Shown here: in pieces, positions 28,962-36,261 of the stretch
How positions within the stretch are numbered: the first letter of the stretch is position 1
Layout: each line of letters starts with the position of its first letter
Source of the DNA: a phage
DNA length: 64,000 nt
Sequence record: PZ386969.1
Strand: one strand, 5' to 3'
Made by a program: the position numbers and the translations under genes
Notes under the pieces: generated by a model
The model's database searches: none
Seen by the model: the letters and a program-made list of their open reading frames with translations, nothing else
Told to the model about the DNA's origin: nothing

Positions 28962-29453
28962 TTAACGGGTGATGATTTTGCTATCAGGTAGGATCAGACC
29001 AGGGTGGTCCAGGTTCTTCTGCATCTGTTGGATACTCTGCAGGATCACGGTAGTGTCGATGTGGCGTTTCACTTTGCGCGCTTCATCACCGTAGGAGATC
29101 TGTCCCTGAGGATCGATGTAGTGGGCTGTCACAACCTGCAGATCATAACCACACTTGATCAGGTACTTAGCAATGTTGCTAACTTCGAGAGACAGGGACT
29201 CACCGTCCACACCGATGTTGGCTGAGTAGACGATTACGCCATTTTCTACTGCTTTTGGTTCAAACAAAACCATACCAGCGATCGTCTGGATCAAAGGAAC
29301 TCCCTCTGTATCGAAAGCCACCTGATCGAACGCACCGATGAACTCATCCGGCACTTTACCTTCGGCATCAGAAACTGTGTGTTTCATAAGGTCCAGGACG
29401 TGTTGTTGTACTTCCTCAATCGGAGCACGTTCAACGGGTTTTTCGTTTTGCAT
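28962..29453 (-). CDS. hypothetical protein
   Basis: ORF 28962..29564; start moved to internal ATG (MQNEKPV) preceded by GGAGAAAAG. Confidence 0.4.
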   Translation of the reverse strand: MQNEKPVERAPIEEVQQHVLDLMKHTVSDAEGKVPDEFIGAFDQVAFDTEGVPLIQTIAGMVLFEPKAVENGVIVYSANIGVDGESLSLEVSNIAKYLIKCGYDLQVVTAHYIDPQGQISYGDEARKVKRHIDTTVILQSIQQMQKNLDHPGLILPDSKIITR

Positions 29454-29955
29454 TACTTTTCTCCAGTTCATAATCGCGCTCCACAACGTATTGGTAGACA
29501 CGCATCTTAATATAGTCAGCACTGCCTGCTGAAGACAGCACCATCCATCCACTACTAAGGGCATTCATCTTATATTGACCAACACCCTCTTGAAAATAAC
29601 TTTTAATCTGTTCCAGCTTTCGCACACGATGATAATACGAGATGAGTTCGCCGATGACAATACAATCTGGATAATGCTTTTCCAATGTATTGATGTTGCG
29701 GTGAACATATACGGGTAGAACTTCTTCATCGTCGATAGGGCTGTAGTATGGGTCTACAATGACCACTTGTAGACCATAACGCAGCAGGTCTTTGACACCC
29801 AGCCGACAGAACTTATAATCTTCGTGTTTCATTGCCACATGGAGGATATTCTCTTTCTTGGCATAATCAGTCAGGAAGATAAAGAAGTCTGTGTTGGGAT
29901 CGGGATATTGTATAGACAGTTCTTTGCCTATTTCACTAAAACAAAATCCGCGCAT
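29431..29955 (-). CDS. hypothetical protein
   Basis: Start at second ATG (MRGFCFSE) with GAGGAA RBS. Confidence 0.4.
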   Translation of the reverse strand: MRGFCFSEIGKELSIQYPDPNTDFFIFLTDYAKKENILHVAMKHEDYKFCRLGVKDLLRYGLQVVIVDPYYSPIDDEEVLPVYVHRNINTLEKHYPDCIVIGELISYYHRVRKLEQIKSYFQEGVGQYKMNALSSGWMVLSSAGSADYIKMRVYQYVVERDYELEKSNAKRKTR

Positions 29956-30004
29956 TTTCATTCCTCGTTATAATTACTCTTACAATATACCGTGGAGATA
30001 CATT

Positions 30005-30811
30005 ATGAATTTACCATCATTGCCCAGAACAGAAAAGACATATAAAAGCGACTTTTGGCCTACTGTGATCAAATATCGCGCCTTTACTGCGGGGCAACAA
30101 ACTTTATTACTTCAGGTGTCAGATCCGCAAACGCCGATTGAAGAACGCGCGGCCATGATGGAGAGTCTCTTTAGCGAGTGTGTAAATGCAGGCGCACCTT
30201 TCAGTAAACTGCCAATCGGCGTTGTTGAGGAAGTGTTCATCCGCATGCGCATGATCTCCATCGGTGAATTGATGAAGATTCGTTATAAGTGCAATAATCA
30301 GATTGAAGAAACGATCGATCTGGGAGATGGTCAAGAAAAGCACCAGATGGTTCCCTGTGAGCAGGAACTGACTCTACCTATCCCGTTGAACAACGTCAAA
30401 TGCATTGCTCAGGACGGCTTCCGGGAGACGTTTGACCTGCCAGGTGGATATCACCTCAAGATGCGCCAACCTTCCTTCTCGGACGCTACGGCACTGTCTG
30501 ATGCTGCAAGCGTTGAGATGATGCTGGCCACCTTTATCGACTGTCTGTACGATGATGACGGTCAGGTGTGGAAGGTTGAGAATCCTGAAGAAATCGGAAT
30601 CACTCCGGAAGAGGCTACTGAGCGCCGCCGTGTGAAAGAAGCGTTTGTTGAGTGGGTGAAGGATAACATCGAATCAGATGTTATTGACAGCATTACGAAG
30701 AACTTCTTCCATAAAATACCGCGCATCCACTACAAGAGTTCGATCAAGTGTCCGAAATGTGGTAAGGAGCACAAAATCGAATTCAATAGTATTAATGAAA
30801 TTTTCATTTAA
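30005..30811 (+). CDS. hypothetical protein with C-terminal zinc ribbon (possible baseplate assembly protein)
   Basis: ORF 29891..30811; start moved to ATG (MNLPSLP) with GGAGATA RBS; C-terminal CPKCGKEH; upstream of gp5/gp25-like genes. Confidence 0.4.
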   Translation: MNLPSLPRTEKTYKSDFWPTVIKYRAFTAGQQTLLLQVSDPQTPIEERAAMMESLFSECVNAGAPFSKLPIGVVEEVFIRMRMISIGELMKIRYKCNNQIEETIDLGDGQEKHQMVPCEQELTLPIPLNNVKCIAQDGFRETFDLPGGYHLKMRQPSFSDATALSDAASVEMMLATFIDCLYDDDGQVWKVENPEEIGITPEEATERRRVKEAFVEWVKDNIESDVIDSITKNFFHKIPRIHYKSSIKCPKCGKEHKIEFNSINEIFI

Positions 30812-30960
30812 TGTTTGAAACTGATTTATTATCCTACTTCGTGATGTGTGATGAATTGAAGTTACACGGCTATAGCATATTTGAAATCAACGAGTCGATG
30901 CCATGGCATCTTGACTTGTTAACCGAAGCCCTCAAGGTCAGGTTGTCTAAGAAACAGTAA

Positions 30961-30986
30961 TCCCGCTTCGGCGGGATTTTTATTGG
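30961..30986 (+). terminator. intrinsic terminator
   Basis: TCCCGC-TTCG-GCGGGA followed by TTTTTATT. Confidence 0.65.
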
Positions 30987-31028
30987 CTTAACTGTAAAAT
31001 CGGTTAACACGCGCTCTTTTTACCTGAA

Positions 31029-31041
31029 ATTGCTATAATGG
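31029..31041 (+). promoter_or_regulatory. possible extended -10 promoter (TGcTATAAT)
   Basis: ATTGCTATAATGG with TG two nt upstream of TATAAT, about 280 nt upstream of the gp5-like ATG. Confidence 0.3.
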
Positions 31042-31323
31042 GCTTGTTCCCGAGTCATTTGTTGGTGTTTGTCTGTTTTGAATCAGATTGTCAGTAAAAT
31101 ACCATTTTTCAAGGAGTGTTCTGGGGTGTACAGTTATTGCCTCGCCCTTATGCCTCCATGGCATTGGAATGGTGCTGCCCGCATAGGGCGGTTTGATGAG
31201 CGAAGCGAATAGGATCGAATAAAACAAATAAAATGAACGGAAGCAGAGCTTCCTATAGTATATAAGGCAAAATCAGCTGCGCATAAATACCTTCAAATCC
31301 TTGTTTGACAACCGGAACTCAAT

Positions 31324-32934
31324 ATGTTAGACAATATGAGATGGTTTTACGGCACCGTTGAAGATGTCAACGATCCAGACCAAAACGGGCGCGTCGCCGT
31401 CCGCATCTATGGCGTACACACCGACGATCCCGTCCTCCTGCCTACAGACAAACTCCCGTGGGCGAAGGTACTGATGCCTGCTTCTAACGCCTCCTCTGCT
31501 GGTTTAGGTTGGTCTCCAACGGGTATCATTCCTGGTACTGAGGTTATGGGGTTCGCCCTTGACGAAGCATACCAGAATTTACGCATCACCTGGACTTGGA
31601 CTGGTTCAAGTCCTACTGATGGCGCCGACACAAACCCACTGGCTCTCGGGCAGGTCGTTCAATCTGTAGAACGTCAGGCGTACAACGCTGTCACTGACGT
31701 TCCTGTGAAACAAGAAGACGAACCACAACCAGATCCACAACCACCTGTTGGTGGGTATGATCCAGAGAAGTGGATGACAATCGCTCGTGGCGAATTAGGT
31801 ATCAAGGAGTATGCCGGAAAGTTCAACAACAACCCGCGCATTATAGAATATCACAAGACAACCTCCCTTGGTGCTTCTGAAGATGAAGTGTCGTGGTGTG
31901 CGGCGTTCGTGGGTTGGGTTATGATACAGGCTGGATACACGTCTACACGCTCCGCTCTTGCCCGATCTTACCTTACATGGGGTACTGCACTGTCAGCACC
32001 ACAATATGGCGCTATCGTAGTCTTCCGGCGTGGTAACAACCCCACATTTGGACACGTAGCGTTTGTGCAGAAGTTCGATGCAAACTATGTCTGGTGTATT
32101 GGTGGCAACCAATCCGATTCAGTGAAGGTCAGTCGTTTCAGACGTTCTTCGGTCTTGGGATATCGTTGGCCTGGTCCTGCTAACACAGCCACAGCCGCGC
32201 CTGCGCAGCAGAATGGTAAATGGTCAGAACCTATCCCAGATCGTACCCCAAAGGAACAACCGACTCCGGCTCCTACTGGGCGAGTACAGGATATTGACAA
32301 CACTGGAGAAACCATGGTTCCGGCTGCGGGTGGATCTAAATACCCGTACAATAACGTCATGGTGTCCCGAGCTGGGCATATTATGGAAGTGGACGACACC
32401 CCTGGTGGTGAACGTCTTCACTGGATGCATAAGTCTGGGTCTTACAAGCAAATGTTGCCGGATGGTGATGTGGTCAACAAGTCCGTCAAAGACCACTATG
32501 ACCTGACGATGTTCAACAAGCGTTATTATGTCGGCGGGGACCACAACCTGACGGTCAAAGGAACTGAAGTTCAGCGCAAGACAGGTGAGGTCTATCATTT
32601 GCATTCCAACAATTACTCCAACGTGGTTGCGGGCACAGCGCTGATGAAATTCAGTGACCTAGCGGAAATGCAAGCGCAGAATATTCTGCGCATTATCTGC
32701 GAGACTCTGGAGGTCGGTGGGACATTGAAGGTTCCTAAGATTCTAACGACTGAGATAATCGCTGACAAACTGACTGTCGCTCAGACGATCAATGGTAACA
32801 TCATATATGCCGAAGGTGCTGGTCGCGCTTCTTCTCTGTCAGGTGCAACCCCTGCATCCCCTACGGGTCCGGGTGAGATTGACATCAAGGCAGAATTAAA
32901 AGACAATGGTGGTAATTTCGGCACCAAAGAGTAA
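31324..32934 (+). CDS. baseplate central spike protein (gp5-like) with CHAP/NlpC-P60-type peptidase domain
   Basis: N-terminal gp5-type OB motif FYGTVEDVNDPDQNGRVAVRIYGVHTDD; central Cys/His peptidase motifs (EVSWCAAFVGWV; GHVAFV); 536 aa. Confidence 0.7.
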   Translation: MLDNMRWFYGTVEDVNDPDQNGRVAVRIYGVHTDDPVLLPTDKLPWAKVLMPASNASSAGLGWSPTGIIPGTEVMGFALDEAYQNLRITWTWTGSSPTDGADTNPLALGQVVQSVERQAYNAVTDVPVKQEDEPQPDPQPPVGGYDPEKWMTIARGELGIKEYAGKFNNNPRIIEYHKTTSLGASEDEVSWCAAFVGWVMIQAGYTSTRSALARSYLTWGTALSAPQYGAIVVFRRGNNPTFGHVAFVQKFDANYVWCIGGNQSDSVKVSRFRRSSVLGYRWPGPANTATAAPAQQNGKWSEPIPDRTPKEQPTPAPTGRVQDIDNTGETMVPAAGGSKYPYNNVMVSRAGHIMEVDDTPGGERLHWMHKSGSYKQMLPDGDVVNKSVKDHYDLTMFNKRYYVGGDHNLTVKGTEVQRKTGEVYHLHSNNYSNVVAGTALMKFSDLAEMQAQNILRIICETLEVGGTLKVPKILTTEIIADKLTVAQTINGNIIYAEGAGRASSLSGATPASPTGPGEIDIKAELKDNGGNFGTKE

Positions 32935-33007
32935 GTTGGTATAAGTTTAGTGGCAGAGGGACAGCACGTCTCTCTGCTCCTTATAGGCATCCTGAGAGGA
33001 TCGCGAA

Positions 33008-33388
33008 ATGAAAGAGTATAAAGATGTCGATCTGAAGTTCGGCATGCATCCGGTGACCAAAGATGTCACCATGAAATCAGGTGTGTATGCTGTCTTACAA
33101 TCCGTGCGGAATATCGTCATGTCTTCAGTCGGGGACTGGCCCACTTATCCTGGGATCGGCGCGGGACTTTATGGGCTGCTGGGTGAAAACACGACACCGA
33201 CTATCCAGGTAGATGTGAAGAACAAAGTAGAGGACGCCATCGCCCTGTATGAACCCAGAGCAGAGGTAGAAGAAGTCACGGTGAGTCTGTCAGAGGATTA
33301 CCACTCTCTGGGCGTGACCATCACATTCTATGTGGTCAACAATCCAGATCCAATAACAGACACCGTGTGGTTGAAAAGGACGAATTAG
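33008..33388 (+). CDS. baseplate wedge protein (gp25/GpW-like)
   Basis: C-terminal LYEPRAEVEEVTV...VTITFYVVNNPDPITDTVWL aligns with T4 gp25 (NYEPRIDKLAVNV...IRFSVIDNPDDIEQIKL); 126 aa. Confidence 0.85.
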   Translation: MKEYKDVDLKFGMHPVTKDVTMKSGVYAVLQSVRNIVMSSVGDWPTYPGIGAGLYGLLGENTTPTIQVDVKNKVEDAIALYEPRAEVEEVTVSLSEDYHSLGVTITFYVVNNPDPITDTVWLKRTN

Positions 33389-33735
33389 AATTTCGTCCTG
33401 AATGCCGGAGCCACGACTAACATGAAGTGGCTCAATAACCTGAACATTTCTTTGCCGTTGAATTGGTAGAGGATAATCATCGGCCTGACGTCAACCACTG
33501 ATCCCTCCAGCTTCTTGTTCAACACAAATCTGGAACCCACACTGACCTTTCCGCGCTCTTCGTCTCCTGGTTTGTCGTAGACCACGCAACTGGTGGCATA
33601 ACCGATCTGAGATCCATCCTCAGACCGCAAGGGCAGCATATGCCCTTCAGACATCAGATGATGCAGGTTCTGGTATAAACCTTTGTCTGGTATGGGGACT
33701 GCCAGCTGCATTCTCAACTCTTTGTAATCTTGCAT
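33385..33735 (-). CDS. hypothetical protein
   Basis: 116-aa ORF convergent with the gp25-like gene. Confidence 0.4.
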   Translation of the reverse strand: MQDYKELRMQLAVPIPDKGLYQNLHHLMSEGHMLPLRSEDGSQIGYATSCVVYDKPGDEERGKVSVGSRFVLNKKLEGSVVDVRPMIILYQFNGKEMFRLLSHFMLVVAPAFRTKF

Positions 33736-33740
33736 GAGGA

Positions 33741-34202
33741 CTACTCCGCCAGGGTGATCACAACCATATTTAAGACTGTGTCGATAGCTCGGCCTGTTTC
33801 CTCTTCATGGAGGGTTTCGGCGCGGAGGTGCACGTCGGTGATGAAATTGTCGATGTGCATTGACGTCAGATACGGGCGGTGTTGACTGACCGGGCGGTTG
33901 ACCAGAACATAATTGCGCAATGTGTTGAAGTCCTGATGAGAGCACCCCGTTGTATCGATACGAAGGAAGCGTTCGTTGTGGCTTGTCTTCAACTCAGTCA
34001 CCTTGCCGAGGTAGACCAGAGGTCCATTGCGACCGATACGGAACATGACATCAACAACAGACTTGAAGATTTCGCGTTCAATCAGTGCGGTGGGTGACCA
34101 GCAGATCTCTTCTTTGTCGTCGGCGTACAGGGTGTCGATCACCAGAGGGAGTTGAATGTAACCGAAGTTGTGCAGTGGGTTGGTGAGTACTTTGTTTGTC
34201 AT
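33741..34202 (-). CDS. hypothetical protein
   Basis: ATG preceded by AAGGAACTATATC (conserved start context); 153 aa. Confidence 0.45.
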   Translation of the reverse strand: MTNKVLTNPLHNFGYIQLPLVIDTLYADDKEEICWSPTALIEREIFKSVVDVMFRIGRNGPLVYLGKVTELKTSHNERFLRIDTTGCSHQDFNTLRNYVLVNRPVSQHRPYLTSMHIDNFITDVHLRAETLHEEETGRAIDTVLNMVVITLAE

Positions 34203-34213
34203 GATATAGTTCC

Positions 34214-34453
34214 TTATTTCACATATTCAAGGGCTTTGGTCAGACCAAAGCGAAGACGTTCACGAGCAACCTTCAATTCTTCTCGGTCTTTACCTTGACC
34301 GTTGTTGTCGTGATTCATAATGATTTCGTGGTTGACCACGGCGCGGAGGGTTCTGAGTTCACCTATCCAATATGCCTTGTTAGCAGCACAGCCGCGTTTG
34401 GCTGTCATGGCGTGGTATTTCATTGAGGTGTCGTAGACTTCAGAGTCGGTCAT
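34214..34453 (-). CDS. hypothetical protein
   Basis: ORF track start is TTG; start at ATG (MTDSEVY) preceded by AGCAGGAACTATATC; early promoter upstream. Confidence 0.45.
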   Translation of the reverse strand: MTDSEVYDTSMKYHAMTAKRGCAANKAYWIGELRTLRAVVNHEIIMNHDNNGQGKDREELKVARERLRFGLTKALEYVK

Positions 34454-34504
34454 GATATAGTTCCTGCTGTTCAATTTGTGGCGAATGCCAATGAATTACT
34501 GGGA

Positions 34505-34533
34505 AGTATAAGCGCAGGGATTATAGAAGTAAA
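34505..34533 (-). promoter_or_regulatory. early promoter A (-35 TTTACT, 17-nt spacer, -10 TATACT)
   Basis: Minus strand reads GCTTTACTTCTATAATCCCTGCGCTTATACTTC about 45 nt upstream of the ATG at 34453; -35 overlaps the upstream terminator tail. Confidence 0.5.
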
Positions 34534-34557
34534 GCCCCTCAATGAGGGGCTTTGGCT
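34533..34557 (-). terminator. intrinsic terminator (after glutaredoxin gene)
   Basis: Minus strand AAGCCCCTCATTGAGGGGCTTTACTT. Confidence 0.6.
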
Positions 34558-34559
34558 TG

Positions 34560-34784
34560 TCAGCGTTTAAGGCTGGCGGCGAGTCCATTAACGTCGGTCA
34601 CGGTCTGGTCAGCGAGGACGATTACAGGCATCGACACGCGCGGCTTACCCGTCAACTGCTGAAGTTCTTCCAGCCGGTAATCTTTGTCCAGCTTGAGGAT
34701 CTTGTGTTCCAGCCCTTTCATTTTGCACAGATTTTCGGCTGTTACACACTGAGCGCAACCTTGTTTGGAATAGATCGTAATCAT
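34560..34784 (-). CDS. glutaredoxin-like protein (NrdH/glutaredoxin family)
   Basis: MITIYSKQGCAQC: CxxC redox motif in thioredoxin-fold context; 74 aa; directly downstream of nrdB. Confidence 0.7.
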   Translation of the reverse strand: MITIYSKQGCAQCVTAENLCKMKGLEHKILKLDKDYRLEELQQLTGKPRVSMPVIVLADQTVTDVNGLAASLKR

Positions 34785-34793
34785 TTCTCACCT

Positions 34794-35897
34794 TTAAGCG
34801 AATTTGAGGCCATCGGATACCGAACCAGTCAGTACACCCATCAGATAATCAGGAGCTTCCGCTTCCTGCAACGCGTACTGCATTGCCTTATTATCTAGCC
34901 AGTCATTAATCCATGGGACTGGGTTCTCCTTGCGAGGTTCACCGGGATATGGGTGCCCGATAGCGCCCATCCGGTGGGTTGCCAGCCAGTCTACCATCTG
35001 ATGAAGGATCTTGGCGTTCAGCCCCAGGATGGAACCGTCTTTGAATAGGTAGTTCGCCCACTCCTTCTCCTGATGGACCACGTCCAGGAACATCTGGGTC
35101 ATCTCACCACGCAGTTCCTCACGGATGATTGCAAAGTCAGGGTCCATACCAGGCAGGCGGTTTAGCAGCGTCTGGGTCAGGATCAGGTGATCCTGCTCAT
35201 CACGGGCGATCTGTCGAATGATTTTGGCATTGCCTTCCATCTTCTTCTGGAACTGTGTGAATGCCCAAGAGCATGCAAAGGACACGTAGAAGCGGATGCC
35301 TTCCAGTGTGTTGGCAGCAAACAGAGCACGCCAGAATGCGCGTTTGGCATTCATCAGATCTTCTCGGGTGAAGATGCGTCCGGCCATACGCATGCCACTG
35401 TACTGTACCATGTCATCGTAGTACACACTGATCTGGTGAGCACAGTCCACGATCTCCACAACATCCAGTACGTGGTCAAACACAATACCTGGATCGTTCA
35501 CAGTATTGCGCAAAATGTGGGTGTAAGATAAAGAGTGAATGGCTTCCTGGCGCGTCCATTCAAGGACAGCAAACTGCATTTCAGGGGTAGACGCCCATGG
35601 ACCAAACGCCTCGAACGGAGCCGCACCCTGGATAGAGTCCAGCATGGTCTGGCGCTTCAGGTTGCTGAAGTAGACATGTTTCTCTGCTTCGTTCAGAGTA
35701 GCGAAGTCTGCCTTGTCCTTGGTGATGTCCACCTCTTCAGGACGCCAGAATTGACTGAGACCTTTCTCATACCACTTCTGTACGAATGGCCAGGCCACGA
35801 CATCGTAACGCTGAATGCTCACTGGGTCACCGAAGAACGGCAGACCAGTGTTATCGGAGCTTGGGTCGAATACGGAGAATTGTTTCTGTTCGCTCAT
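34794..35897 (-). CDS. nrdB: ribonucleotide reductase small subunit (class Ia, NrdB)
   Basis: Start moved to ATG (MSEQKQF); ferritin-like di-iron fold with conserved acidic/His residues; adjacent to nrdA. Confidence 0.9.
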   Translation of the reverse strand: MSEQKQFSVFDPSSDNTGLPFFGDPVSIQRYDVVAWPFVQKWYEKGLSQFWRPEEVDITKDKADFATLNEAEKHVYFSNLKRQTMLDSIQGAAPFEAFGPWASTPEMQFAVLEWTRQEAIHSLSYTHILRNTVNDPGIVFDHVLDVVEIVDCAHQISVYYDDMVQYSGMRMAGRIFTREDLMNAKRAFWRALFAANTLEGIRFYVSFACSWAFTQFQKKMEGNAKIIRQIARDEQDHLILTQTLLNRLPGMDPDFAIIREELRGEMTQMFLDVVHQEKEWANYLFKDGSILGLNAKILHQMVDWLATHRMGAIGHPYPGEPRKENPVPWINDWLDNKAMQYALQEAEAPDYLMGVLTGSVSDGLKFA

Positions 35898-35898
35898 G

Positions 35899-36192
35899 TT
35901 ATGCCTTGCCTTCGTGGAGTTTGATCTGTTCGGTGGTAATGTAATTCTTGATGTTAACAACAAAATCCCGGCGTTTGTCTGCAGGTAATTTGCTGAGGTC
36001 TAGAAGGATGTGAGTACGGTTCACAGTATCCATTGGATCCGTGTAGTTCAACGGGATAGCCGTGACTTCGCCGCCGTTGTGCCAAGCAGTGGCCACCTTC
36101 ACGTTGCGCAGAACATTCTCCGCTTCCATTTTGCTGTTGTGTTCGAGCAAGATACCTGGTTGGCCAGGGACTAACAATAACGTTTGGAACAT
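35899..36192 (-). CDS. hypothetical protein
   Basis: 97-aa ORF with CAGGAG RBS inserted between nrdA and nrdB; Cys-free. Confidence 0.4.
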   Translation of the reverse strand: MFQTLLLVPGQPGILLEHNSKMEAENVLRNVKVATAWHNGGEVTAIPLNYTDPMDTVNRTHILLDLSKLPADKRRDFVVNIKNYITTEQIKLHEGKA

Positions 36193-36261
36193 ATAGAACT
36201 CCTGATGAATAGGGGTGATCTCTCACCCCTGATGATATAACGGTAGTAGGTTTAGACCAAT

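Noticed and set aside
31033-31227. 64-aa minus-strand ORF in the gp5-like leader
   Set aside because: No RBS, antisense to the direction of flanking transcription signals, and overlaps the putative promoter/leader
36211-36230. Hairpin AGGGGTGA-TCTC-TCACCCCT after nrdA as an intrinsic terminator
   Set aside because: No U-tract on either strand; more likely an RNA stability or processing element, so not called a terminator
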